Below, piece after piece: positions 1 to 8,660 of a DNA stretch of 31,627 bases. Source of the DNA: Myxococcales bacterium (GTDB taxonomy: Bacteria; Myxococcota; Myxococcia; Myxococcales; Anaeromyxobacteraceae); contig JBBQEB010000023.1 in NCBI GenBank assembly GCA_038320275.1, forward strand, positions 1-31,627. Direction: 5' to 3'. The notes under the pieces are model-generated. The model saw nothing but the letters and a program-made list of their open reading frames with translations, made no database searches and was not told where the DNA came from. Position numbers and translations under genes: made by a program. Each line of letters opens with the position of its first letter. Positions within the stretch are counted from its first letter, which is position 1.

Positions 1-36
1 GTCGCGTCAGGTCACGGCGCGCTCCGGAGCCCTCTC

Positions 37-1395
37 ATGGATCCCCTCCTCCTCGCCCGACTACAATTCGCCTTCACGATCGGGTTCCACTTCATTTTTC
101 CGCCCATCAGCATCGGGCTCGCGTGGATGCTCTGCATCTCCGAGTGGCTGGGCTGGCGCCGCTCGGACGCAGTGTACGTCCAGATCGGAAAGCTCTTCGG
201 CAAGCTGTTCGCCATCAACTTCGCCGTCGGCGTCGCCACCGGCATCGTGATGGAGTTCCAGTTCGGCACCAACTGGTCCACCTACTCCAAGTTCGTGGGC
301 GACATCTTCGGCGCGCCGCTCGCGGCGGAGGGCGTCTTCGCCTTCTTCCTCGAGTCGACGTTCATGGGGCTCTATCTCTGGGGCCGCGACCGCATCTCCA
401 AGGGCTGGCACTGGTTCAGCTCGCTCATGGTGGCGGTCGGCGCGACCCTCTCCGCCTTCTGGATCGTGGCGGCGAACTCGTGGCAGCAGACGCCCACCGC
501 CTACGTGGTGCGGAACGGCCGGGCCGAGCTGACGAACTTCTACGAGGCCATCTTCAATCCCTCCACCATGCCGCGCTACCTGCACGTCGTCACGGCGGCG
601 CTCGTCTCGGGCGCCTTCGTCTTCGCGGGCGTCGCCGCCTACCACCTACTCCGCGACTCGCGCTCGACCTTCGGACGCAAGGCGCTGCGCCTCGGCGTCG
701 CCTGGGGGCTGGCCTTCTCGATTCTCGAGGTGATGCCCTTCGGCCACTTCCACGCCCAGCAGGTCGCTCGCACGCAGCCGGCGAAGTTTGCCGCCATCGA
801 GGGGCTCTACATCTCCCAGCACGGCGCCCCGATGGCCCTCTTCGGGCTTCCCTTCAACCGGCCCCCCGAGCTGAAGGCGGCGATCGAGATCCCGGGCATG
901 CTGTCCTGGATGGCCTTCGGGGACACCAACGAGCGCGTGCGCGGGATCGAGGAGTTCCCGGAGGCGGATCGCCCGCCGCTCTGGCTCACCTTCGTCTCCT
1001 TCCACAACATGGTGATCCTGGGGATGTGGTTCATCGCGCTCATGAGCTGGTCGGCGATCCGGCTGTTCACCGGGAGGATCTACGAGGACCGCCTCCTCCT
1101 GAAGGCCCTCATGTGGTCCATCCCGCTCCCGATCGTCGCCTGCGAGCTGGGCTGGGTCGCGGCGGAGGTCGGGCGCCAGCCCTGGGTGGTGCAGGGCCTC
1201 CTGCGCACCGCCCAGGCTCATTCACCCTCCGTCACCGCCGCAGAGATCGCCGCCTCCTTCGCCATGTTCGGCCTCGTCTACCTGGCGCTGGGAGCGCTCT
1301 GGCTCGTCATGATGCTGAAGAAGGCGAAGCTCGCGCCGCCGGAGCTCGGCACCGGCGCCGCTCCCGAGAATCAACCCTCCGCCCTGGCGCTCTAG
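37..1395 (+). CDS. cydA: Cytochrome bd ubiquinol oxidase subunit I (short Q-loop type)
   Basis: LARLQFAFTIGFHFIFP N-terminus with heme-ligand His, FQFGTNW, NSWQQTP, QPAKFAAIEG Q-loop motif, FHNMV and AEVGRQPW motifs; 452 aa. Confidence 0.97.
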   Translation: MDPLLLARLQFAFTIGFHFIFPPISIGLAWMLCISEWLGWRRSDAVYVQIGKLFGKLFAINFAVGVATGIVMEFQFGTNWSTYSKFVGDIFGAPLAAEGVFAFFLESTFMGLYLWGRDRISKGWHWFSSLMVAVGATLSAFWIVAANSWQQTPTAYVVRNGRAELTNFYEAIFNPSTMPRYLHVVTAALVSGAFVFAGVAAYHLLRDSRSTFGRKALRLGVAWGLAFSILEVMPFGHFHAQQVARTQPAKFAAIEGLYISQHGAPMALFGLPFNRPPELKAAIEIPGMLSWMAFGDTNERVRGIEEFPEADRPPLWLTFVSFHNMVILGMWFIALMSWSAIRLFTGRIYEDRLLLKALMWSIPLPIVACELGWVAAEVGRQPWVVQGLLRTAQAHSPSVTAAEIAASFAMFGLVYLALGALWLVMMLKKAKLAPPELGTGAAPENQPSALAL

Positions 1396-1405
1396 GAGCA
1401 CGAAC

Positions 1406-2476
1406 ATGGACCTCAACGCGATCTGGTTCGTCCTCGTCGCCGTGCTCATCGCCGGCTACGCCGTGCTCGACGGCTTCGACCTGGGAGTCGGGGCGCTCTC
1501 GCTCTTCGCGCGCTCCAAGGAGGAGCGCGATCTCCACGTGGCCGCCATCGGCCCGGTCTGGGATGGCAACGAGGTGTGGCTCATCACGGGCGGCGGCGCG
1601 CTCTTCGCGGCCTTCCCCATCGTCTACGCCACCGTCTTCAGCGGCTATTACCTCGCGCTGATGCTGCTCCTGCTCGCGCTCATCGCGCGGGCCGTGGCCA
1701 TCGAGTTCCGGGCGCTCCTGCCCGACCCGCGCTGGATGGGCGTGTGGGACTGGTCGTTCGGCCTGGGCAGCCTCATCCCCACCATCCTGTTCGGCGTCGC
1801 GGTGGGCAACGTGCTTCGCGGGCTTCCCATCGGCCCGGCGCCGGACCACGCCTGGGGCGGCAGCTTCCTCGGGCTCCTCAGCCCGTACGCCCTGCTGGTG
1901 GGCTTCACCTCGTGCGCGCTGTTCGTGATGCACGGCGCCAACTATCTGAGGATGAAGACGGACGGGGCGCTCGAAGCGAGGCTGAAGCCCATTGCGCTCG
2001 GCGCGTACGGCGCGTTCCTCGTGCTCTACCTCATGGCCACCGGTGCCACGGTCCTCGTGTCGCCCTTCCTCTTCGGCAAGCTGGGGAGCCCGCTCTTCTG
2101 GCTTCTGACGGCTGTGGTGGCCGCAGCCATCGTGGCCCTCCCCATCCTCATCCGCTCAGATCGGCGAGGGCTCGCCTTCATCGCCTCCTCCACCGCCATC
2201 GTGGGGATGATCGCCGTGACGGCGCTGTCCGCCTTCCCGGTGCTCGCTCCCTCTCGCCCCACCCTGGCGAACAGCCTCACCGCCTACAACGCCTCGTCCT
2301 CGCCGCGGACGCTCCTCACCATGCTCGTCATCGCGCTCATCGGCATGCCGCTCATGCTCGTGTACACGACGCTCGTGTACCGGGTCTTCCGCGGGAAGGC
2401 GCGCACCATCTCGGGCTACGGGCTGTTCGAGGAGGCCCGCGCGCCGATTCCGAAGGTGGCAGAGACGCGCCGGTAG
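1406..2476 (+). CDS. cydB: Cytochrome bd ubiquinol oxidase subunit II
   Basis: YAVLDGFDLGVG and IGPVWDGNEVWLI motifs; many TM segments; AGGAG SD upstream; directly follows cydA. Confidence 0.97.
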   Translation: MDLNAIWFVLVAVLIAGYAVLDGFDLGVGALSLFARSKEERDLHVAAIGPVWDGNEVWLITGGGALFAAFPIVYATVFSGYYLALMLLLLALIARAVAIEFRALLPDPRWMGVWDWSFGLGSLIPTILFGVAVGNVLRGLPIGPAPDHAWGGSFLGLLSPYALLVGFTSCALFVMHGANYLRMKTDGALEARLKPIALGAYGAFLVLYLMATGATVLVSPFLFGKLGSPLFWLLTAVVAAAIVALPILIRSDRRGLAFIASSTAIVGMIAVTALSAFPVLAPSRPTLANSLTAYNASSSPRTLLTMLVIALIGMPLMLVYTTLVYRVFRGKARTISGYGLFEEARAPIPKVAETRR

Positions 2477-2495
2477 CGATTAGGTCCGGTGGACC

Positions 2496-3293
2496 TTGCG
2501 TCCACTGCCCCCGCTCCACTGGGAAGAAGCTGGCGCAGGGCGCCCCGTCGTGCTCGTGCACGGCTGGGCGCTCTCCTCCCGCGCCTTCGCGCTGCAGCTT
2601 CCCCTGCTCTCGGCGGCCGGCCGGGCCATCGCGATCGACCTGCGCGGCCACGGCCTCACGCCCGCGCCCCCACGACCCCACGGAATCGCGGAGCACGCGG
2701 CGGACCTCGCCGCGCTCTTCGAGAGGCTGGACCTTCGCGATGCGCTGCTCGTCGGATGGTCGGTCGGGGGGCAGGTCGCGCTCGCTGCCCTTCCGGCGCT
2801 CGCGGCGCGCGTGGACGCTCTCGTCCTCCTCGGTGCGTCGCCCTGCTTCACCCGCCGCGAGGATTGGCCCCACGGCACTCCCGACGAGAAGGTGCGCACG
2901 CTCGGGGCCCGGTTGGCCGCAGCACCGGAGCCCACCCTGGCGCGCTTCTTCGAGAACCTCTTCGCGCCCGGCGAGCTCGAGCCCGGTGCCCTCTCCGAGC
3001 TCCGGCGGGTGGTGCTCGAAGGCGTGCCCTCCCCTTCGCTGCCCGGCCTGCAGGCTCTCCTCGACGATCTGGTCGCCGTCGATCAGCGCGGAGCGCTCGC
3101 GAGCGTCCGGACGCCCACGCTGGTGATCCATGGCGAGCTCGATCGCACCTGCTCGTCCGGCGCAGGCGAGGCGCTCGCGGGCGGCATCCGCGGCGCGCGC
3201 CTGGTGCTGCTTCCGGGTCTCGGGCACGCGCCGCAGCTCTCCCGCCCCGCGCTGGTGAGCGAGCTCGTGCTGCGTTTCCGGGAGGAGGTCTGA
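2496..3293 (+). CDS. bioH: Alpha/beta hydrolase, likely pimeloyl-ACP methyl ester carboxylesterase
   Basis: LVHGW, GWSVGG nucleophile elbow, ASPCF..DWP, GHAP catalytic His; adjacent to a BioC-like methyltransferase; TTG start, exact start uncertain. Confidence 0.8.
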   Translation: MRPLPPLHWEEAGAGRPVVLVHGWALSSRAFALQLPLLSAAGRAIAIDLRGHGLTPAPPRPHGIAEHAADLAALFERLDLRDALLVGWSVGGQVALAALPALAARVDALVLLGASPCFTRREDWPHGTPDEKVRTLGARLAAAPEPTLARFFENLFAPGELEPGALSELRRVVLEGVPSPSLPGLQALLDDLVAVDQRGALASVRTPTLVIHGELDRTCSSGAGEALAGGIRGARLVLLPGLGHAPQLSRPALVSELVLRFREEV

Positions 3294-4078
3294 CGAATCT
3301 CGTCGACAAGGCGAAGGTCGGGCGGGCCTTCAGCCGGGGAGCAGGGCGGTACGACGGCGAAGCGCGCGTCCAGCGGGGAGTCCGCGAGCGGCTCCTCGCC
3401 CTGCTCGCGCGGGCAGGGCATCGGCCGCGGCGGGTGATCGACGTGGGCACCGGGACGGGGGCGCTCCTCCCGGAGCTCGGCGCGGCGTTCCCGGGCGCGA
3501 GCCTCGCGGCGGTGGACCTCGCGCCCGGGATGATCGCCGCGGCCCGGGCGCGGTGGCCTGGTGCGGCCCTCGCCGTGGCGGACGCGGAGGCGCTCCCGCT
3601 GCGCACCGGCGCGTTCGACCTCGTGCTCTCCACCTCCGTGCTGCAGTGGACCGCGAGCCTGGACGGTGCGCTGGGCGAGATGGCGCGCGTCCGGGCGCCG
3701 GGAGGGACGGTGGCGGTGGCCTTCTTCGGCGGTGAGACGCTCTTCGAGCTGACCGACGCCTGGCGGGCGGTGCTGCCGGCCGGCGTGGCCGACCGGACCC
3801 ATCGGTTCCACGGCCCCGCGGATCTCGTCCGGGCCTTCGAGCGCGCCGGGCTGCGCGCGTCGGAGCTCGCCACCGAACGCGTCGTCGAGCGGCACGCCGA
3901 TGCTTTCGCGCTCCTGCGCTCGCTTCGTGACATCGGGGCCGCCAACGCCTCACCCGGGATGGCGGGCGTCGGGCTGAGGAGGATCGTGACCCGGATGGCG
4001 GAGGTCTACCGGGCGCGCCACGGTTCGGAGGACGGCGTGACCGCCACCTGGGACGTGGTGGTCGGCATCGCCAGATGA
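3290..4078 (+). CDS. bioC: SAM-dependent methyltransferase, malonyl-ACP O-methyltransferase-like
   Basis: DKAKVGRAFSRGAGRYD N-terminal BioC-type motif, VIDVGTGTG SAM motif, FDLVLSTSVLQW, LRSLRDIGA; start inferred at a CTG overlapping the bioH TGA. Confidence 0.8.
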   Translation: MTNLVDKAKVGRAFSRGAGRYDGEARVQRGVRERLLALLARAGHRPRRVIDVGTGTGALLPELGAAFPGASLAAVDLAPGMIAAARARWPGAALAVADAEALPLRTGAFDLVLSTSVLQWTASLDGALGEMARVRAPGGTVAVAFFGGETLFELTDAWRAVLPAGVADRTHRFHGPADLVRAFERAGLRASELATERVVERHADAFALLRSLRDIGAANASPGMAGVGLRRIVTRMAEVYRARHGSEDGVTATWDVVVGIAR

Positions 4079-4189
4079 GGGGCACCCTGCGACCCCGCGT
4101 CCCCGCGCCGCAGCCCACAGCGCGCCTCCGCGATTCTCCCCACCCTCGGCCGCGCGGAAGGCGTAGGGTCCGCGCTGGAGGTGGACCCC

Positions 4190-4390
4190 ATGGAAGAGAA
4201 CAAGCTGATGAAGGATCTCGAGGACGTCGCAAAGCAGCTCCAGGACGTCGGCAAGTCGCTGCTGGAGAGTGCCGGCGTGAAGGTGAAGAGCGCCGCGGAG
4301 GAGACGCTGAGCGCGGCGGAGAACGCGCTGCATGCCGCGCAGAAGAAGCTGCAGGAGCTCCGCAAGGGGCTCGACAAATCAGCGACGTAG
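4190..4390 (+). CDS. Small helical/coiled-coil hypothetical protein (66 aa)
   Basis: ATG at 4190 preceded by GGAGGT SD (4177-4182); codons end mostly in G/C like neighbouring genes; K/E/A/L-rich amphipathic sequence. Confidence 0.75.
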   Translation: MEENKLMKDLEDVAKQLQDVGKSLLESAGVKVKSAAEETLSAAENALHAAQKKLQELRKGLDKSAT

Positions 4391-4401
4391 CTCGCGCGGG
4401 C

Positions 4402-4437
4402 CCCGGCCGCGGCGCGACCTCGAGCCGCGGCCCAGGG
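4402..4437. terminator. GC-rich hairpin between convergent genes, possible bidirectional terminator
   Basis: GGCCGCGGC (4405-4413) pairs with GCCGCGGCC (4424-4432); no U-tract. Confidence 0.4.
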
Positions 4438-4899
4438 TCATCCCTTCGCAGGCGGCATCGAGGCGAGCCGCGCCTCCAGCTCCTTCACGCGCTGGCGCAG
4501 CTCCTTGTCCCGCTGAAAGCGCGCCGTCACGTCGCGGAAGATGGCGACCGGCCCGAGCAGCACGCCGGAGTCGTCCCGCACGAGCTGGATCGAGAACTCC
4601 ACCGACAGGGTGCGCCCGTCCTTGTGCAGGGCGGGGACGGCGAGCAGATCGGCGCCTGCGTACTTCGTCACCCCGGTGCGCATCGTCTCCGTCCAGCCGT
4701 CCCAGTGCCGCTGGCGGAGCCTGTCGGGGATGATGGGGTCCATCGACTTCCCCACCATCTCGGCCGCGGTCCAGCCGAACATCCGCTCCGCCCCGGCGTT
4801 CCAGAGCCGGACCGTGCCGTCGCGGTCGGCGAAGAGGACGGCCTCGGACGCGTGGGCGACGATCTGGTGGGCGAGCCACTGCGGGGAGGGAGCCGTCAT
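4438..4899 (-). CDS. Stand-alone PAS domain protein with C-terminal coiled coil
   Basis: EAVLFADRDGTVRLWNAGAERMFGWTAAEMVG PAS signature, HKDG, FRDVT; ATG at 4899; 153 aa. Confidence 0.85.
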   Translation of the reverse strand: MTAPSPQWLAHQIVAHASEAVLFADRDGTVRLWNAGAERMFGWTAAEMVGKSMDPIIPDRLRQRHWDGWTETMRTGVTKYAGADLLAVPALHKDGRTLSVEFSIQLVRDDSGVLLGPVAIFRDVTARFQRDKELRQRVKELEARLASMPPAKG

Positions 4900-4905
4900 C
4901 CGGGA

Positions 4906-4911
4906 AGTGTA
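4906..4911 (-). promoter_or_regulatory. Putative -10 element (TACACT) for a leaderless PAS gene transcript
   Basis: TAnnnT hexamer 6 nt upstream of the ATG, no SD visible. Confidence 0.4.
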
Positions 4912-4930
4912 GTCGCGGATGGACGGCGAG

Positions 4931-6847
4931 CTACTGCTCCATGGAGACGAGGAAGAATTTGTTGGTGGAGCGGTCGGCGATCCGCAAGCGCGGCTTCGTG
5001 CCGACCGCCTGCCGCAAGGCGCCATAGCGCGCGCGCTCGACGATGACCCACGTGCGTCCGGGGCGCTCCGAGAGCTCCTTCATGCGCGCCGCATCCTGGA
5101 CCTGCCGCACGAGGTTGCGCGAGTAGAACGTCTCGCCGCGCCAGTTCATGAGGTAGGCGAGGATGGGCTCGTCGGGCGAGCCGCGCTCGGCGAGGTAGGT
5201 CCAGAAGATGTCGCGCTGGCTCCAGTGCGGGGTGAGCTCGCGCCAGTGCAACCAGGAGACGTGCAGGGCGAAGACGGTGGCGACGCCCAGGAAGGCGACT
5301 GCGAGCCCGCGGCGGGAGCGCCACATCCAGGCGGCCAGCATGGCCGCGCCCCCCACCGCGAAGAGCGCCGAGAAGAACGGCTTCGTGCCCAGCGACAGCA
5401 CGAAAGGTCCGAGCGTGAGCCCGGGATGAAGCTGTGCGAGCTCGGCATCGGGGTAGATGCGCTCGTAGTTGTACACGTAGAGGTCGGGGAGCGCCTTCGG
5501 CGCGAGCCACAGGCTGTGGCCCACCGCCGCGAACGCGGCGGCGCCGAGGAGGAGCGCTCCCAGGTGCGCCTCCAGCCCCTCGTCGAGGAGCCGGTCGACG
5601 AAGGCCCCGCAGAGGATCGCGATCGCCGGGACGGCCGGAAAGATGTAGTGGTGGAACTTCGTCGCCGAGAGGCTCATGAGCACGTAGGTGATGAGCGCCC
5701 AGAGGCCGGTGAAGAGCACCAGGTCGTCGCGGCGGGTGCGGCCGCGCAGGCGCACCCCGGCGAGCCCCGCCAGCGCGCCGGGCAAGGCGGCCACCCAGGG
5801 AAAGAGCCCGAAGCCGAGCTCCTGGATGAAGTAGCCGAAGGTGGCGTTGGGGGTGGTGGTGTGGACGCCCTCGCCCAGCCGCTTCAGGTGATCGTGGATC
5901 CAGAACCGGTAGGCGAAGGTCTTCGACTCGTCGTCCACGCCGCGGAAGAGCGACATGACGACGTACCAGGGCGCGGCGACGAGGAGGAACAGCGCCGGAC
6001 CGATGGGGAGCGGAAGCCCCCGGATGCGCTCGAAGAGACGAAGGCGCGCGAGGAGCCGCCACTCGCCCGTGACGACGAACCAGAGGAGGAAGGCTGCGCC
6101 CACGAGGGCGAAACCGAGCAGCCCCTTCGCGAGGGTGGCGAAGGCGAGGAAGGCGTAGCCTGCGTAGGCCCAGGCGCTGCGGTGCGCCCGCTCGTCCCAG
6201 AGCGCGATGGCGAAGCACATGGCGCCTGAGGTCATGAGCGAGACGAAGGGCATGTCTGTGATGGCCTGGCGCGCCATCAGGAACCAGAACGGCATGGTGG
6301 CGAGCGCCACCGCGGCGAGGTAGCCCGCCCGGCGGGAGACGAGCCGCTTCACGGCGACGAAGACGAGCGCGCACGCCTGGACGGCGAGGAGCGCGATGGG
6401 TAGCCGCACCGCCCACTCCGTGTACACGGACAGGCCGCTGGGGGTGGGGCCGCCCGGGAAGGACCCCGCCGGTAGGGCGGTATCCTGCACGCGCGCGAGC
6501 GCCATGGCGGCCGCGTCGAGCCAGAGGAGCAGCACTGGCTTGGAGAAGAAGTAGGACGACTCCCAGTACGGGTGCACCCAATCGCCGCGCACGATCATCT
6601 GGCGCGCGACCTCGCCGTAGTGAGGCTCCCAGGGATCCCAGAAGCCGACCGCGCCCAGCCAGGGCAGGAAGACGAGTGCGGCGAACGCGGCCACGGCCGC
6701 CACGCCGCGCGGCCCGGCCGGCAGGGTCCGCCAGCGGGCGAGCGCGGCTCCGGCGAGGGCGACCGCGCGTCCGCGCGGAGGCGGGAGCTGGAGGTGGTCG
6801 CCGCTCGGCGGTGGGGGTGGGTGGGCGTCCGGCATGTGGGTGGACAC
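4931..6847 (-). CDS. ArnT/PMT-family (GT-C fold) integral membrane glycosyltransferase
   Basis: WDPWEPHYGEVARQM, FSKPVL, RLP, ITDMP, LAKG, TKFHHYIFP motifs; many TM helices; start GTG 6847 or ATG 6835. Confidence 0.85.
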   Translation of the reverse strand: MSTHMPDAHPPPPPSGDHLQLPPPRGRAVALAGAALARWRTLPAGPRGVAAVAAFAALVFLPWLGAVGFWDPWEPHYGEVARQMIVRGDWVHPYWESSYFFSKPVLLLWLDAAAMALARVQDTALPAGSFPGGPTPSGLSVYTEWAVRLPIALLAVQACALVFVAVKRLVSRRAGYLAAVALATMPFWFLMARQAITDMPFVSLMTSGAMCFAIALWDERAHRSAWAYAGYAFLAFATLAKGLLGFALVGAAFLLWFVVTGEWRLLARLRLFERIRGLPLPIGPALFLLVAAPWYVVMSLFRGVDDESKTFAYRFWIHDHLKRLGEGVHTTTPNATFGYFIQELGFGLFPWVAALPGALAGLAGVRLRGRTRRDDLVLFTGLWALITYVLMSLSATKFHHYIFPAVPAIAILCGAFVDRLLDEGLEAHLGALLLGAAAFAAVGHSLWLAPKALPDLYVYNYERIYPDAELAQLHPGLTLGPFVLSLGTKPFFSALFAVGGAAMLAAWMWRSRRGLAVAFLGVATVFALHVSWLHWRELTPHWSQRDIFWTYLAERGSPDEPILAYLMNWRGETFYSRNLVRQVQDAARMKELSERPGRTWVIVERARYGALRQAVGTKPRLRIADRSTNKFFLVSMEQ

Positions 6848-6916
6848 TTAGCAGGAACGGCCGTCGGGAGCCGTGAAGCGGAGCGGCGCGCCCTGGCCCG
6901 GCGCCTGCCTCCGCGC

Positions 6917-6922
6917 TACCAT
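6917..6922 (+). promoter_or_regulatory. Putative -10 element (TACCAT) for a leaderless kinase transcript
   Basis: TAnnnT hexamer 6 nt upstream of GTG 6929, no SD visible. Confidence 0.4.
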
Positions 6923-6928
6923 CGGCCT

Positions 6929-8647
6929 GTGGTGGAGCCCGCTCGCGCACAGCCCGATTTCAAGCCGCACACCTTCGGCAAGTTCTTCCTCCTGCAGCGC
7001 CTCGCGGTAGGAGGCATGGCGGAGATCTACCGGGCCAAGGTGGTGGGGGCGGCCGGGTTCGAGAAGGAGCTCGCGCTGAAGCGCATCCTGCCCGCGCGCT
7101 CGCAGGACGAGGGCTTCATCCGGATGCTGGTGAACGAGGCGAAGCTCACCGCCCAGCTCACCCACTCCAACATCGCCCAGATCTACGAGTGCGGGGAGTA
7201 CGACGGCACCTACTTCATCGCGATGGAGCTCGTCTACGGCGTCTCCATGAAGGAGATGATGGCGGCCTTCTCGCGTGGCGGGACGACGCTCACTCCGGAG
7301 GGGGCCATCTTCATCGTCCTGCAGCTCCTGCAGGGCCTCGACTACGCCCACCGGAAGACCGACGCCGAGGGCCAGCCGCTCCGCATCGTGCATTGCGACG
7401 TCTCGCCCGACAACGCGCTCGTCTCGTGGGAGGGCGAGCTGAAGCTCCTCGACTTCGGCATCGCGCGCGCTGCCACCGGGCTCTCCAACTACAAGGAGGG
7501 CATGCTGATGGGGAAGCTCGGGTACGTCGCGCCCGAGCAGGCCTCGCTCGAGAAGGCGTGGGACCACCGGGTCGACCTGTTCGCGGCCGGGATCATCCTC
7601 TACGAGCTGCTCACCCAGCAGAAGCCCTTTCCGCGCGCCACCGACGTCGACTCGCTGGTCGCGTCGCGCAAGGAGAAGGTGCCGCCGCCCTCGGCCATCG
7701 ACCCGCGCATTCCGTCCGAGCTCGACGCGATCCTGGTCCGGGCGCTCGCCTACGACCCCCGGAAGCGCTTCGAGGACGCGCGCGCCTTCGCGGACGAGCT
7801 GGTGGACGTGCTTTTCCCTACGCCCCACAGCGCGATCCAGGATCTCATCGCGCGGCAGATGACCGGCGTCTTCCAGGAGCGCATCGGCCGCCAGCGGGCT
7901 GCCCGCGCCCACGACGCGCTCGTCCTCAAGGTCCTGCAGCACGTGGCGGGGGCGTCGCCGCGCGACGGCGGGACCTCGGACGCCGAGCGGCGCACGCCGC
8001 CGCCTCGCGCCCCGGAGCTCCCGGAGCTCGTCTCGGCGCCGGCGCGCCGGCCGAGCGCGCCGTCCTGGGTGCCGGGCGGCAGGAACCGCCGCGGCATCTC
8101 CGCCGGAATGGCGGTGGGCCTCGCGTCCGCTGCGGCCCTTTTGGCCGGCGGCGGGGCCCTCGCCTACGAGCTCTGGACCCGCCCCGGCGTGGTCGTGGTG
8201 ACCTCGGATCCGCCAGGCGCGCAGGTGACGGTGGACGGCCGCACGGTCGCGCAGACCACGCCCGCGCTCCTGGAAGACATCCCCGCCTCACGAGCGGTGA
8301 ACCTGGTCCTCAGCACCCGGGACCGGAAGAGCGTCGCGATCGCCGTGGACGGCCAGCCCGGAAAGACCGTCCGGCGCGCCCACGCGCAACTACCCTCGGC
8401 GCTCGGCACGCTGGCGGTGGAGAGCACGCCAGCCGGGGCGAGGGTGAAGCTCGACGACGTGGCCGTCGGCGTGACGCCGCTCACCGTGCCGGGCGTGCGC
8501 GTGGACGAGAGGCACCGCCTCGACCTCGCCCTGCCCGGCCACGAGCTCGACCAGTTCGTGGTGCTGCCGGAGAAGGACGGGCTCTCGTTCGCGAGGACGC
8601 TGGTCCGGTCGGAGGGCGTGGGGCGCGCGCGTCCAGAGCCGCCCTGA
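6929..8647 (+). CDS. Hanks-type Ser/Thr protein kinase with TM helix and two PEGA-like domains
   Basis: LAVGGMAEIY, LALKR, HCDVSPDN, DFG, YVAPEQ; hydrophobic helix GMAVGLASAAALLAGGGALAY; VTSDPPGAQVTVDG and VESTPAGARVKLDD repeats; start GTG 6929 or 6932. Confidence 0.9.
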   Translation: MVEPARAQPDFKPHTFGKFFLLQRLAVGGMAEIYRAKVVGAAGFEKELALKRILPARSQDEGFIRMLVNEAKLTAQLTHSNIAQIYECGEYDGTYFIAMELVYGVSMKEMMAAFSRGGTTLTPEGAIFIVLQLLQGLDYAHRKTDAEGQPLRIVHCDVSPDNALVSWEGELKLLDFGIARAATGLSNYKEGMLMGKLGYVAPEQASLEKAWDHRVDLFAAGIILYELLTQQKPFPRATDVDSLVASRKEKVPPPSAIDPRIPSELDAILVRALAYDPRKRFEDARAFADELVDVLFPTPHSAIQDLIARQMTGVFQERIGRQRAARAHDALVLKVLQHVAGASPRDGGTSDAERRTPPPRAPELPELVSAPARRPSAPSWVPGGRNRRGISAGMAVGLASAAALLAGGGALAYELWTRPGVVVVTSDPPGAQVTVDGRTVAQTTPALLEDIPASRAVNLVLSTRDRKSVAIAVDGQPGKTVRRAHAQLPSALGTLAVESTPAGARVKLDDVAVGVTPLTVPGVRVDERHRLDLALPGHELDQFVVLPEKDGLSFARTLVRSEGVGRARPEPP

Positions 8648-8660
8648 TCGTGAGGCGCGT

